From Octopus sinensis (lineage: Eukaryota), in NCBI RefSeq assembly GCF_006345805.1, contig NC_043005.1, forward strand, positions 47,802,001 to 47,866,000: a stretch of DNA of 64,000 bases, read 5' to 3'. How positions within the stretch are numbered: the first letter of the stretch is position 1; each line of letters begins with the position of its first letter. The notes under the pieces were generated by a model that saw only the letters and a list, made by a program, of their open reading frames with translations, had not been told where the DNA came from and ran no database searches. The translations under genes and the position numbers were made by a program. Positions 26,685 to 40,651 of the stretch are shown here, one piece after another.

Positions 26685-26718
<34 letters not shown>

Positions 26719-27035
26719 TATCTATATCAGTCTATCTATCTATATAGGTTTGTGTATATATGTTTTTATATTTATGTGTGTGTGTATGTCTGTGTGTGAA
26801 TATATATATATATATAGACAGAAAAGGAGAGAGATATCACATCTGTCTTTTAAGTTTGGAAACGTGAAATTTTAATTCATACAGTCTTCTCTACATACTT
26901 AAGGAGCCAATATATGCAGTGGATACGTATCTATGTTTGCTGTTGCACACTTACATAATAGAGTGAGCATACATGTGTGAATCCAACTCACTCTCTCGTT
27001 CTCTCTATTTCTCCCTCTCTCTCTCTCTGTACACC

Positions 27036-27067
<32 letters not shown>

Positions 27068-27391
27068 CGGATATTATATATGCATGTAAATATATTTATG
27101 CATATATATATATATGTGTATATCTCTATATATTTATCTATATATTAGGACTGGCTGTGTGGTATGATGTTAGCTTCATTACCACATGGATCTGGATTCA
27201 GTCCCACTGTGTGGCACCTTGGGCAAGTGTCTTCTACTATATCCTCCAGCCAGTCAAATCTTTCTGAGTGGATTTAGAAGATGGAAACTAAAAAAAAAAT
27301 CATCATATATACAGGGTTGGCCAAAGTTACATTTTAGCAGTGGTGGCTCATGTATAGGAACTGCGGAACTGCAGCATCCCTTGTTTCCACT

Positions 27392-27491
27392 NNNNNNNNN
27401 NNNNNNNNNNNNNNNNNNNNNNNNNNNNNNNNNNNNNNNNNNNNNNNNNNNNNNNNNNNNNNNNNNNNNNNNNNNNNNNNNNNNNNNNNNN
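27392..27491. other. Assembly gap (100 N)
   Basis: Direct reading. Confidence 1.
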
Positions 27492-27780
27492 GTTTTTCAT
27501 TTAACGTCTATTTTCCATGCTGGCATGGGTTGGACGGTTTGACTGAGGGCTGGCAAGCCAGAAGGCTGCACCAAGCTCCAATCTGATCTGGCAAACTTTC
27601 TACAGCTGGATGCCCTTCTTTATGCCAACCACTCCGAAAGTGTAGTGGATGCTTTTCACATGCCACCAACACGAGGGCCAGTTGGGAAGTACTGGCATTA
27701 ACCATACTTGAATAGTGGTTTTTACATGCCATCGGCATGTGAGCCAGTCAGGTGACACTAGAAACGACCACACTTTGCCA
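27492..27780 (+). mobile_element. RTE-associated SINE-like repeat
   Basis: TTCCATGCTGGCATGGGTTGGACGG...CTGGATGCCCTTC motifs. Confidence 0.8.
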
Positions 27781-28164
27781 AAGAAAGAAGAAGTCTGTAC
27801 TCAACACATTATCATGGGTTATATTATTTATATTATTTATTTAAGTGAACACATGTTGAGTTTCATGCCATTTCACTCTTCAGGTATGAACTGCTTTTGT
27901 CCATTGTCATTTTATATACATTGATATTGTTTTATAAGTTTGCTTATGGCTATAAATTCTGATCAGTTATTTTTCAATATCATCTGGTATTTAATTTTTT
28001 GTTAGGACCAAACAACTTGCTTATGCTCATCATTTTGTTTCCTTTTTGCCAATATTGGTTTGTTATGTCATATTACCCTAGGATATTGACTACAGTGCAT
28101 GGTGTCTCATTTGCTAATTCCTTCTTTTTTGCATTCATTTGTTAATCTTGTTCTTGTGAAAGCA

Positions 28165-29200
28165 TGTAGGTTAGTGGCTAAGATATTTGGCTCAAAATTG
28201 TAAGGTCGTGAGTTTGATTCCCAGCGACATGTTGTGTTCTTAAACAAGACATGCTCTTCCTGTCCAATCAACTGGCAAAAGCGAGTACTAGCTATATTTC
28301 AAAGGGCATCCTTGTCACAATCTGTGTCATGCCAAATCTCCCTGAGATCTACATTAAGGGTATGCATGTCTAGGTATGCATGTAAGGCAGTGAGCTGGCA
28401 GAAACGTTAGCATGCCGGGCGAAATGCTTTGTGGTATTTCGTCTGCCGTTGCGTTCCGAATTCAAATTCTGCCGAGGTCGACTTTGCCTTTCATCCTTTC
28501 GGGGTTGATAAATTAAGTACCAGTTACGCATGGGGTCGAGGTAATCGACTTAATACCTATGTCTGTCCTTGTTCGTCCCCTCTGTGTTTAGCCCCTTGTG
28601 GGTAGTAAAGAAATAGGTATGCATGTCTAGTGTAAGAGTGGCTGAGTGGTAAGTAGCTTGCTTACCAACCACATGGTTCTAGGTTCAGTCCCACTGCGTG
28701 GCACCTTGGGCAAGTGTCTTCTACTATAGCTTCAGGCCGACCAAAGCCTTGTGAGTGGATTTGGTAGATGGAAACTGAAAGACGCCCATCGTATATATGT
28801 ATATATATATATGTGTGTATGTGTGTGTGTGTTGTGCGTGGTGTGTGTGTGTGTGTGTGTGTATGTTTGTGTGTCTGTGTTTGTCCCCCCCAACATTGCT
28901 TGACAACCGATGCTAGCAGGTTTACATCCCGGTAACTTAGCAGTTCGGCAAAAGAGACCGATAGAATAAGTACTAGGCTTACAAAGAATAAGTCCTGGGG
29001 TCGATTTGCTCAATTAAAGGTGGTGCTCCAGCATGGCCGCAGTTAAATGACTGAAACAAGTAAAAGAGAAAGAGAGATGTCTATGGAGTGCTCAGCCTGT
29101 TAATCTCATGATTAATTGCATGTTAATCTCCTGAGCAGGCTGTTCTCTTGATCTAATCAGCTAGAACACTCGTCATCATATCCAATGAATTGCCAGTTAA
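28165..29200 (+). mobile_element. SINE C host carrying nested SINE B (28384-28613) and SINE A (28631-29076)
   Basis: 13-bp TSD TAGGTATGCATGT at 28371-28383 and 28614-28626. SINE C resumes at ~29078 (GTCTATGGAGTGCTCAGCC). Confidence 0.85.
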
Positions 29201-29558
29201 TGTTACTTTGTTTATCTGTGTATAACATTGTTCTAAATTTAGGGTTATAGCATGATGCAGTTCAGTATTTGTTCTATTTCTGATATTCAGTTTCTTTAAG
29301 GGGCCTTAGAATCGGTTGTATAATTTATATTCTTATATCTTGTTTCTGTCTTTGTACTGTGGCCATGCAGGGTGTACTACCTTATGAGGTTTGGTTGAAT
29401 GAATTGACCCTAGTACTTATTTTTAAACCTGGCACTAAATCCATTATTTTCTTATTGCCAAATCACAAAATTACAGGGATATAAACAAACCAACACCAAT
29501 TATCAAGCTGTGATGAGGAACAAACACAAACACAAAGATGAACATACATTTGTGTGTG

Positions 29559-29611
<53 letters not shown>

Positions 29612-29614
<3 letters not shown>

Positions 29615-29778
29615 TCACGGAGTGGTTGGCGTTAGGAAGGGCATCCAGCTGTAGAAACATTGCCAGATTTAGACTGGAGCCTGGTGCAGCCTTCTGGCTT
29701 CCCAGAACCCCGGTCGAACCGTCCAACCCATGCTAGCATGGAGAACGGACGTTAAACGACGATGATGATGATGATGAT
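29612..29778 (-). mobile_element. Truncated RTE-associated SINE-like repeat
   Basis: GGAGTGGTTGGCGTTAGGAAGGGCATCCAG...(GAT)n. Confidence 0.85.
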
Positions 29779-30041
29779 ATATATTCTTTTAGTCATTTAT
29801 TCTTTTGCTTGCTTCAGTCATTTGACTACAGCCACGTTGGAGCACTACCTTGAGGGGCTTTAGTTGAACAAGTCAACCCCAGGACTTATTTTTTTTAAGC
29901 TTAGTACTTATTTTATCAGTCTCTTTCGTTGAACTGCTAAGTTAAACACACCATCACCAGTTGTCATGCAGTATGGGGGTACAAACACAGACTCAAAGAC
30001 ACACACATAAATATATACATATATATATTTTTTTTTATATA

Positions 30042-30695
30042 ATTAGGGTTCAGCAAAAAAAATTGCTTTACCACATACCGAACTTTTAGAAATAGCAGCC
30101 AAAGAATTTAGCTATTTCCTCTACTATAAGAAGAGTCTCCCAGAAACAATTTACGTAGGCATAGAGGGAAAAATAACGAAAGTTCACTCGAAATTAGATT
30201 ACTTGTGAACGCGTTTCTGGGTTATAGAGATAGAGATGCTAGAAATACATACCTATTCTAACATTCCCGTCATCAGCACAAGGTTTCATTAAATTTAAAT
30301 TTGAGAGCACTCAAAATCGAACATACCCATCTGATTTGAGTAACCTCAGACAAACCACCCTCGACATCCAGTACTAACAAGTTCGAAACATACGAATGAG
30401 GCTCTGCATCTTCCCCTGTCCACCCACGTGAGTTATAGAGCAACAAATTCCTACAGAGGAGTTCGTAGTTTATTATCAGGGAATGAATTATATTGTCAAT
30501 AATAATAAGGGTAAAATTAATTAATTAATTAATAATTAATAATTTTACCAAGCAGTGTTCAGTATGTAAAAGGACCATTTATGGTAAATTTATACTTTAT
30601 ATAATTAGGGTTCAGCAAAAAGATTTGCTTTACCACATACTGAACTTTTTAGAAATAGCAGCTATTTCTTCTACTATAAGAAGAGTCTCCTAGAC
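30042..30695 (+). mobile_element. Repeat with terminal direct repeats (pLTR-like), class uncertain
   Basis: ATAATTAGGGTTCAGCAAAA...CTACTATAAGAAGAGTCTCC at ~30037-30140 and ~30601-30690. Confidence 0.55.
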
Positions 30696-30712
30696 AATGT
30701 CTACTCAAAAAC

Positions 30713-30776
<64 letters not shown>

Positions 30777-31349
30777 GGCTCTTTCATTTTGTCTGCCAAA
30801 TCCACTAACAGGATTTGGTTGGCCCAAAGTAGAAGACACTTGCCCAAGGTGCCATGCAGTAGGACTGAACCCAAAACCATGTGGTTGGGAAGCAAGCTTC
30901 TTACCACACAACCATGCTGTAGACTTCTTTCAGTTTCCATCTACCAAATCCACTCTCAAGGCTTTGATCAGCCCAGAGATTTAGTAGAACACATTTGCCC
31001 AGTGTAACTAAACCTGAAGCAATGTGCCTTGGAAGCAAACTTCATCACTTTAAATAATTTTTCTGAAGCTCTAAATTGTTTTTTGTTATTTTGATATAAT
31101 CATATTTTTTTTGTTTATTTGTAACTGTATTTCTGATATTCTGTTCATTTCTCTTTGTTTCACTTGTTTCTTGTACAATCTTGTTATTATATTTTGTCGG
31201 TTCTTTAATTGTTTTGCTGGTGATTTATTTTTATTCATTGTTCTATATTTGCTAATTCAAAGATTTTGCTTTCTTTTATTGAAATATTGTATACATACAC
31301 ACATATATACATACATACATACATACATACATACATACATACACATACA

Positions 31350-31382
<33 letters not shown>

Positions 31383-31674
31383 GTTGTGTTATATATAATA
31401 TAATATATATATATAATTATATATATTATATATATTATATATATACACACATATATATATCTATAGTGTTAACAGAGCTAGTGGTTATAATAACCAACTA
31501 AGGGATAAAATATTCATATATACCATCGGTATCTGTTATCTGTATTATCCTCAGGCATTGATGTGCAAGCACACCATGCACGTAGAGTACAGATAAAAAC
31601 AGGATAAACAAGAGTTTATCAGGAACCAATGCAAATAATCATATATAATGTACATGTACATGTACATGTGTCTG

Positions 31675-31719
<45 letters not shown>

Positions 31720-32049
31720 TGTGTGTGTTTGTGTGTGTGTGCATGTATATACATACATGTATATAGAGTCACCAGATGAGATCAAGAAATGCGCAATATT
31801 GAAAACACTTAGTAGCACACAAAGGAATTGAACTTACACTTCAGAATCTTTACCGACGACTAAGTCTGCAGAGTAACGATTGGCTATGATTAATCCAGGT
31901 GAGCAGTTACGAAAATAATGATGCAAATTAACAAATAAAACTGCTTGGGTTAGATATTATAAGAAATATGCATACATGTATACATGTAAATAAAGTAAAA
32001 GCAAAGACTGAACATTTTCAGACAATGAATATTCAAGCATAAACTTATA

Positions 32050-33218
32050 TCAGGTTGAGTAAAAAGTAGGCAACGTTTTAACCCATGAAGAATCTGTACT
32101 GGATTTTTGCAGAGTTTTGAATTCTTTTTAAATATTTTTTTGTAATTGTCTGATAAAATAGATGTAGACTTGCCCAAATGCATCAATAAATTAACATTGA
32201 TATATTTTTTTTCCTATTGTTATAATCATCTGAAATGGAACTGTCAAAGTGCGATATTTGAGCAATGTTGCTATTCAACTTCAAAAAAGGATATAACACA
32301 GCTGAAACTGGTCATGATATCAACAAAATGTTTGGTGAGAAAATGACCAGTGAATGGGTCAGTTCAAAAATGGTTTAAACAATTTCACAGTAGAGACCTG
32401 AGCCATGAAGATTGTGAGCATAGTCAATTAAAGACCGTCATTAAGAAAGATCCATATAAAACCACTCAAGAACTGGCAAAAGATCTTCAAGTTAGCCAGA
32501 AAATCAAAAAAGCTCCACAAATGGATACCACACGATTTGAAGGAAAATCAGAAAATGTGTAGATATGAAATTTGCTCATTCCTTCTTCTTTGTAACCAGA
32601 CTGATCCATTTCTCAACTGTATTGTAACTTGCAAAGAAAAGTGGATTCTGTACAATAATAAAAAATGTTTTTCAGTGTTTGCATCAAAATGAAAGCACCA
32701 AAAGCCTTCCCTAAAAAAGAAGGTTATGATGACTGTTTGGTGTTGTACTGCAGGACTCATCCACTATAACTTCTTAAATCTCAGAAAAACCATTACAGCA
32801 GAAACATATTGCTATGAAATTGCCAAAATTAATGAAAAACTGCTACTCCTCTGTCCCAGACTGGTCAACAGAAGACAGCCAATCATTCTTCATGACAATG
32901 CTCATCCACACAGTTCCCAAATGACACTCCAGAAGTCGAGGAAACTTGACTACGAAGTTCTTCTCCACCCGGCTTATTCCCCAGACCTTTCTCCTACCAG
33001 CTACCACTTTTACAAACACCCTGGTTGTTTCCTAAAGTGTTCATCAGCCCCAGAACTCCAGATTCTTATGATACCAGAATAAACAAACTTATAACTCATT
33101 GGGAAAAATGTATTGATTGTAATGGTACTTACTTTGATGAATAAAATTCCTGCCTTGTTGAAATATACTGTGATGAATTTCATGCTTCAAAACGTTGCTT
33201 ATATTTTGCTCAGCCTGA
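32050..33218 (+). mobile_element. Mariner (DD34D, Hsmar1/SETMAR-like) transposon with pseudogenised transposase
   Basis: TA at 32048-32049 and 33219-33220. TIRs TCAGGTTGAGTAAAAAGTAGGCAACGTTT and TCAGGCTGAGCAAAATATAAGCAACGTTT. Peptides KWIPHDL, LHDNAHPH, HPAYSPDLSP. Confidence 0.92.
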
Positions 33219-33554
33219 TAGATGTTTATATATCAACCTAATGTTTATATGCTTCCATAACTGGTTGCATATTTTGGTGAACTACATCAGCCAACATTAT
33301 GAAGTAACGCTGAGCACTCAGAAACAGCTGTTAGACCTGTTACACTAGACCTTCACCCTTTTAATTCTCTGTGCCATTGTACTCTGTGTAAGCTTGCACT
33401 GTTAATATATAAATAGCTATATATTTATACTTGAGTATTGATCATCTGAAAATCTGCAGCCTTTGCTTTCTCTCCATTTACATGTATGTATATTTTCTAT
33501 ATCTAATCCGAGGAATTTTATTAATTAAATAGCATCATTATTTACATGCATGTA

Positions 33555-33938
33555 CTCTTTTACTTGTTTCAGTCATTTGACTGTGGCCATGCTGGAGCAA
33601 CGTCTTTAGTTGAGCAAATCGACCCCAGGACTTATTCTTTGTAAGTCTAGTACTGATTCTATTGGTCTTTTGCCATACCGCTAAGTTACAGGGACGTAAA
33701 CACATCAGCATCGGTTGTCAAGCGATGTTGGGGGCACAAACACAGACACACAAACATATACACACACACATACATATATACGATGGGCTTCTTTCAGTTT
33801 CCGTCTACCAAATCCACTCACAAGGCTTTGGTCGGCCCGAGGCTATTGTAGAAGAGACTTGCCCAAGGTGCCATGCAGTGGGACTGAACCTGACACCATT
33901 GGGTTGGTAAGCAAGCTACTTACCACACAGCTACTCCT
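33555..33938 (-). mobile_element. SINE family A
   Basis: Full length. Confidence 0.9.
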
Positions 33939-34207
33939 AGGCCTATTCTTTTATTCTTTCACTTGAAAAGAATGTATATTCTTTTTATTCTTTTACTTGT
34001 TTCAGCCATGCGGCTGTGGTCATACATAAGTATGTGTGTGTGTGTCTGTGTGTGTGTGTGTGTGTCTGTGTGTATGTGTGAGTGTGTGTGTATGTATGTG
34101 TGTGTGAATGAATGTATGTATGCATGCATGTATGTATAAGTGTGTATGTATGTATAAGTGTCTATGTGTGTATGTAGGCATGTATAAGTCTGTATGTATG
34201 TATACTG

Positions 34208-34238
<31 letters not shown>

Positions 34239-34836
34239 CTTTGATGAGCAGTTTACACCAGTACTCAAGCTTCAATGTTCAATTCACTTGTATTTGGTAC
34301 TTAGTTGTAGAATTATTTCATATCTTCGAATGAATGCTTTACCCCAACACTCAGCTAAACACATTTTGAACATTAGCTCTAGAAAGATCCTAATTTCCTC
34401 AGAGATTTCATTTGACCTCAGAAATAAGAATTAGTGAAATGATTTCATTTGATTCAGTTAACTTTGCCTTATATGCTAGAGTTTCTGAACATGATGGTGC
34501 AGTTGACACTTCAAATTAGTTCAATCCTTCACATGTAAATGATAATTGCAGTCAATATCTATGATGCAACATATAGTTAATTAAACAGCAATTGCTAAGC
34601 TGACATTAGACTCAAAGAGCACATGCTAGCACACATGCATGAACACACATGCAACTACACAGATGCACATACACACATGCAAACACTCACACATATACGC
34701 ACGTATACACATGCATACATTTGCAAAACAAGATGGAGAAAATAGAAATTAAGCATAAATTTTAGTTAAGCTTACATACATACACCCCCCCCCACACACA
34801 CACAGATACATACATACAAACATACTTACATACCTG

Positions 34837-34868
<32 letters not shown>

Positions 34869-34929
34869 CATGTATGGTAGTCTCTCAGGACCAAGAAAGA
34901 CAGTTCCACATTTTCTCGCTGAGCTACCT

Positions 34930-35332
34930 ACTCTTTTACTTGTTTCAGTCATTTGACTGTAGCCATGCTGGAGCACTGCCTTTAGTCAAGCAAATCAACC
35001 CCAGGACTTATTTTTTGTGAACCTAGTATTTATTTTATTGGTCTCTTTTGCTGAACCGCTAATTTTACGGGGATGTAAACACACCAACATTGGTTGTCAA
35101 GCGATGTTGGGGGGACAAACACAGACACTCAAACATATACACACACACATACATACATATATTCATATAAACCACGGGCTTCTTTCAGTTTCCATCAACC
35201 AAATCCACTCACAAGGTTTTTGGTCTGCTTGAGGCTATAGTAGAAGACACTTGCCCAAGTTGCCATGCAGTGGGACTGAACCCGGAACCATGTGGTTTGT
35301 AAACAAGCTACTTACCACTCAGCCACTCCTAC
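34930..35332 (-). mobile_element. SINE family A
   Basis: Full length. Confidence 0.9.
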
Positions 35333-35544
35333 ACAGATAATTTGCTTATAAAGATCAAATATTCATATTAGACATGTTCTCACTACCGGCAAAAAAATTG
35401 ACATTACCTGTGCAGGTGCACAATGGTACTCCGTAATCATAGAGCAATGTGAGATGAAGTGTTTTACTCATGATCATGAATGTGACACCTTAGCCACTAG
35501 CCGATGTGCCTTCACCCATACACACATGCATAGGTAATTCCCCT

Positions 35545-35930
35545 GGTATTGAATATGTACACAAATATCAGCACAAAGAATACTAGTTGAACACTCCCAT
35601 CAAAACCTGTGTCAAATGCAAGGGTAACAGGCTGGACATTGTAATCTGGAACAGGCAAGGACAATTATGTACCATCATAGAGGTCCTGCTGTTGTGAATA
35701 TCTCCTTGAAAATTGAGGAGAAAGAAGATAACTATGGACAACTGCTTTGAAACTTCCAGCTTCTATATCTGGATTACAAACTTATATATATATACCAATA
35801 ATAAGAGGAGCATTTGATTCTGTAAATGCTTAACTATTAGTCTGGATAAGCTTGGATTTTCAGAAAAAGAAATCAGTCGACTGATTCACACATTACAAAT
35901 ACAATCCGCAAGTTGAACAGTAAACCTATG
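35545..35930 (+). mobile_element. Decayed RLE-clade (R4/Dong-like) non-LTR retrotransposon, endonuclease region
   Basis: NTPIKTCVKCKGNRLDIVIWNRQGQLCTIIEV, then a frameshift, then VNISLKIEEKEDNYGQLL. Fits the PD..D/ExK restriction-like endonuclease. Confidence 0.75.
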
Positions 35931-36934
35931 CAAGACTTTCCTCAGGTTTAAAATGTGATATTATTCTCATTTTTATTCCAAATATGGAGCTTTGTATCTT
36001 TGTTAGAAAGCAACTCCTTCTTCAGAGAAAGAATTCAAATGATTAGAAACAAAAAAATCATACATACATACATACACATACATACATACATACATACATA
36101 CATACATACATACATACATACATACATACATGAACCAACATCGTGGCAGTTTGTTCATGTATGTATGCGTGTGTGTATGTGTCATTTGAATTTTGAATTA
36201 TTATTTATATTTTGAATTATTATTTTGAATTAATCATGCATTATCTTGTAACTTTAAGATTTTAATTATGTGATTGTTTATTTTTAGAATGATATTGTAG
36301 GGTAGGTGTGAGAGGCTGGATTTGACCAGTTTCAACATTAAATAGGTAGAATATCTTGGCCGGATAAGACCTGTTTCAATGCCAAAGATTAAATATCCAT
36401 GTATTATATCTATTTGTACAATATGTGCAAACATAAATATACATGCTTATTTGTTTATGAATTCATATATAAATTGATGTCCAGTACTTTAATGTAATTA
36501 AGATTAGACAATAATTAGTATAATTATCATTAGACATTATTAAATTAGACATTATAAAAAACATTCTGTGTGTGTATGTGGATGCATGGGAGTGTGTGCA
36601 TATCTTTGTGGCTGTGTGTCTTTACATCCCTGTAACTAAGGCTGCGAACTGGCAGAATTGCTTGCATATATTGGCTTTGTGAACGAATTTAGTAAATGGG
36701 TACTGTTGTCCAGAAGCTCATCATTTGTGTGTGTGTGTGTGTGTATGGATGCATGTAGGCATGTGTGTGTACATGTGTATTTCTATTGATGTTTATCTAT
36801 GTGTGTGCATGTGTTTGTACATGTGTGCATGTGTTTGTACATGTGTGTATGCTAGTTTGTGTGTGCATATCAATGTGTATGTGTGCATGTGTGCATATGT
36901 GTGTGCATGTGTGTTTGTATGGGCATTTTTATGT

Positions 36935-36967
<33 letters not shown>

Positions 36968-38421
36968 CATATTTGTGTTTTTGCTTTATTTCTCACTGCT
37001 TTTACAATCAATGTTGGTTTGGTTACAATTCCATTACTCATTCCTTCAGCAAAAGGAGGACAATAATACAGTGAGTAGCAGACTGAAAGCAAGCACTGAA
37101 ATTTATTTGAGTCACTAGAACCCATTCAGAGTCATGTCCCAAGCATAGCAGCAGTCCAACGGCTAAAACAAATAAAAGAACAACGAAATTCATCATTTGT
37201 CCCAACTTGACAGATTCAAACTTGAATTTTGACAAATATCAAATTCAAGTAACACCTTACAAACAAGATATTCTTGTATCCTTTTATTCTTCTATTCTTA
37301 CACTTGTTTTAGTCATTAGACTTTGGCCATGCTGAAGCACCACCTTGAAGGGTTTTAGTCAAACAAATCGGCCCCAGTGCTTATTTTTTAAGATTAGTAC
37401 TTATTCTATTGATCTCTTTTGCCAAACTGCTAAGTTATGGGGACATAAACACACCAACAATGGATTCGAGCAAAGATGGGAAACAAATACAGACAGACAC
37501 AAAGGAACACACACATCTTTTTTTTAAGGTTGGTACTTATTCTGTCAGCCTCTTTTGTTGAACCACTAAGTTACAGGGATGTAAATTCACCTATACCAGT
37601 TACCAAGTTGTGGTGGGGAACAAACACTGACAGAAAGGCACACAAACACACACACACACATGTATATATACATATATGTATATAAACATATACATGTGTA
37701 TACATATATATAAATATGTATACACACACACGTATATGCATAACTTAGCAGTTTGTCAAAAGAGATCAATAGAATAAGTACTAATCTTAAAAAATAAGTA
37801 CTGGGGCCGATTTGTTTGACTAAAACCCTTTAAGGTGGTGCTTCAGCATGGCCAAAGTCTCATGACTAAAACAAGTGTAAGAATAGAAGAATAAAAGAAT
37901 ACAAGAATATCTTGTTTGTAAGGTGTTACTTGAATATATATGCGATGGGCTTCTTTCAGTTTTTGTTTACCAGATTCACTCACAAGGCTTCTGGTTGGCC
38001 TTATGCAATACCAGGTACCACACAATAGGAGTGATGCAGGAACCATATGGTTGTGAAACAAAATTCTTTTCACACACCACATTCCTTAAGTTCTATTTAA
38101 AAGGTAACTGAAGAAGAGCGACTGTATGGTGAGAATGGGCAACGTGAGAAAAGACGATGCACAGTTCATGTCAGATAATAAAGTTAGTTGAAGAGAAATC
38201 TGAAATAATATAGTTTACATTGACCTTAGGGATTACAGTGTGACAAAGGAAATACACTAAACTAATAATTTACCGAGATAATTACAACAAATAATTACAC
38301 TTATCAATTAAACAATTATTATTAATCAGTAATTATACATATGTAAATGTGTGGCTGGGTTTTCTCCATGCATATATGTGTGTATGTATGTACGTGTGTG
38401 TGCATGTGTATATGAATATGA

Positions 38422-38464
<43 letters not shown>

Positions 38465-38624
38465 CATATATATTTATATATGGAGCCATGTAAGCATTGA
38501 TGTCCTGTTCAATTCCCAGTGGTTCGGCCCATCTATTTTTTGGTCCATTGTTTAGGTTTAGTCACTTTAAATGGAGCATATATTATAAGATAAATAACAT
38601 ATAATTATAGTTATTATATATAGA

Positions 38625-38802
38625 TGTGACTGTGTGGTAAGAAGCTTGCTTCCCCACCACATGGTTCTGTGTTCAGTCCCACTGTGTGACACCTAGTTTA
38701 AATGTCTTCTGGTAAGGCTTTGAGCCAACCAAAGCCTTGCAAGTGGATTTGGTAGACAGAAACTGAAAGAAGCCCATCGTGTGTACATACATACATACAT
38801 AC

Positions 38803-38848
<46 letters not shown>

Positions 38849-39062
38849 TATATATATACATATATATATGTACATATCTGTGAGTGTGTGTCTTTGTATC
38901 TGTGATTGTCCCCCATCACTACTTGGCAACCAGTGTTGGTGTGTTTACATTCCTGTAACTTAGCAGTTCAGCAAAATGAACAATAAAATAAGTACTAGGC
39001 TACTAGAGAATAAGTCCTGGGGTCGATTTGTTCAAGTAAAGCCCTTCAAGGCAGTGCTCCAG
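38625..39062 (+). mobile_element. SINE family A, diverged
   Basis: Head to near-tail match. Confidence 0.85.
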
Positions 39063-39087
39063 CAAGGCTAAAGAAAATTAAAGAATA

Positions 39088-39101
39088 TATATGTGTGTGT
39101 G

Positions 39102-39133
<32 letters not shown>

Positions 39134-39777
39134 TGTATGTATGTATGTATGTATGTATGTATGAATGCATGTATGTATGTATGTATGTGTGTATGTATGT
39201 ATGTATGTATGTATGTATGTGTGTATGTATGTATGTATGTATGTATGAATGCATTTATGTATGTATGTATGTGTGTATGTATGTATGTATGTATGTATGT
39301 ATGTATGTATGTATGTATGTGTGTGTGTGTATGTATGTATGTATGAATGCATTTATGTATGTATGTATGTGTGTATGTATGTATGTATGTATGTGTGTAT
39401 GTATGTATGTATGTGTATGTATGTATGTGTGTATGTATGTATGTATGTATGTATATATGTATGTATGTATGTATGTATGAATGCATTTATGTATGTATGT
39501 ATGTGTGTATGTATGTATGTATGTGTGTATGTATGTATGTATTATGTATGTATGTATGAATGCATTTATGTATGTATGTATGTGTGTATGTATGTATGTA
39601 TGTATGTATGTGTGTATGTATGTATGTATGTATGAATGCATTTATGTATGTATGTATGTATGTATGTATGTATGTATGTATGTATGTATGTATGTATGTG
39701 TGTATGTATGCATGTATGTATGCATGTGTGTATGTATGTATGTATGTATGTATGTATGTATGTATGTATGTATGTAT
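39088..39777. repeat. Long (TATG)n microsatellite with recurrent GAATGCAT(TTA) interruptions
   Basis: Direct reading. Confidence 0.95.
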
Positions 39778-39816
39778 AGAGTTCTTTTAATCCAAATACA
39801 GATGTCTTTGCATTTG

Positions 39817-39990
39817 CAGGTATCAACCTACGTGATATGCACGGACTCGAGTTTCTGGGTATTGACCCGTCATCAGCGCACAACAATCACCGGTGACGAT
39901 GGGAAGGATGGCTTCCCTCTACAAATACCGATAGGGCACAGAAAGTGTGTCAATAGCCAGCTGGAGAAGATGTTCTCCTGGGGCTACAAG
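39817..39990. other. Complex CpG-containing island; candidate exon or TE remnant
   Basis: Plus-strand acceptor TCTTTGCATTTGCAG followed by open frames. A minus-strand AG..GTAGGT 87-nt open exon also fits. No protein recognised. Confidence 0.25.
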
Positions 39991-40109
39991 CTACAGTAAC
40001 ATCCACCCTTAGTGGTTAGCCATATTTAGTTGGCAAATATACTTCACATTGTCGTGCAGTTACTGTCTATACCTCGTTCAGAGATTTATTATTGCTTATA
40101 TATATATAT

Positions 40110-40605
40110 ATCATCATCATCATCATCATCATTTAGCATCCGCTTTCCATGCTAGCATGGGTTGGACGGTTCAACTGGGGTCTGTGAAGCCAGAAGGCTG
40201 CATCAGGCCCAGTCTAATCTGGCAGTGTTTCTACGGCTGGATGCCCTTCCTAACGCCAACCACTCCGTGAGTGTAGTGGGTGCTTTTTACGTTCCACCCA
40301 CACAGGTGCCAAATGGAGCTGGCAAACGGCCATGGACGGATGGTGCTTTTTACATGCCACCGGCACGGGGGCCAGGCGAGGCTGGCAATGGCCACGAACA
40401 GATGGTGCTTTTACATGCCACCGGCATGGAGGCCAGGCGAGGCTGGCAATGGCCACGAACGGATGGTGCTTTTTACGTGACCGGCACGGGAAAAGCACGG
40501 GGTGGGGCTGGTAATGGCCACGATCGGATGGTTCACTTACTTGTCACCAACACTAGTATCACAGCTGCAATTTCCATTGATGTTGATCGACTTCGATTTT
40601 GGTTC
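40110..40605 (+). mobile_element. RTE-associated SINE-like repeat with an internal ~60-bp tandem array
   Basis: (CAT)n start. About 3.5 copies of GCTGGCAATGGCCACGAACGGATGGTGC... at 40317-40535. Confidence 0.85.
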
Positions 40606-40610
40606 TGCTT

Positions 40611-40651
<41 letters not shown>

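Noticed and set aside
30265-30285. CTGATGA and GAAAC on the minus strand within the 30-kb repeat
   Set aside because: Order and spacing do not give a hammerhead fold.
40317-40535. CRISPR-like repeat array
   Set aside because: Eukaryotic context, tandem units without unique spacers, and no cas genes.
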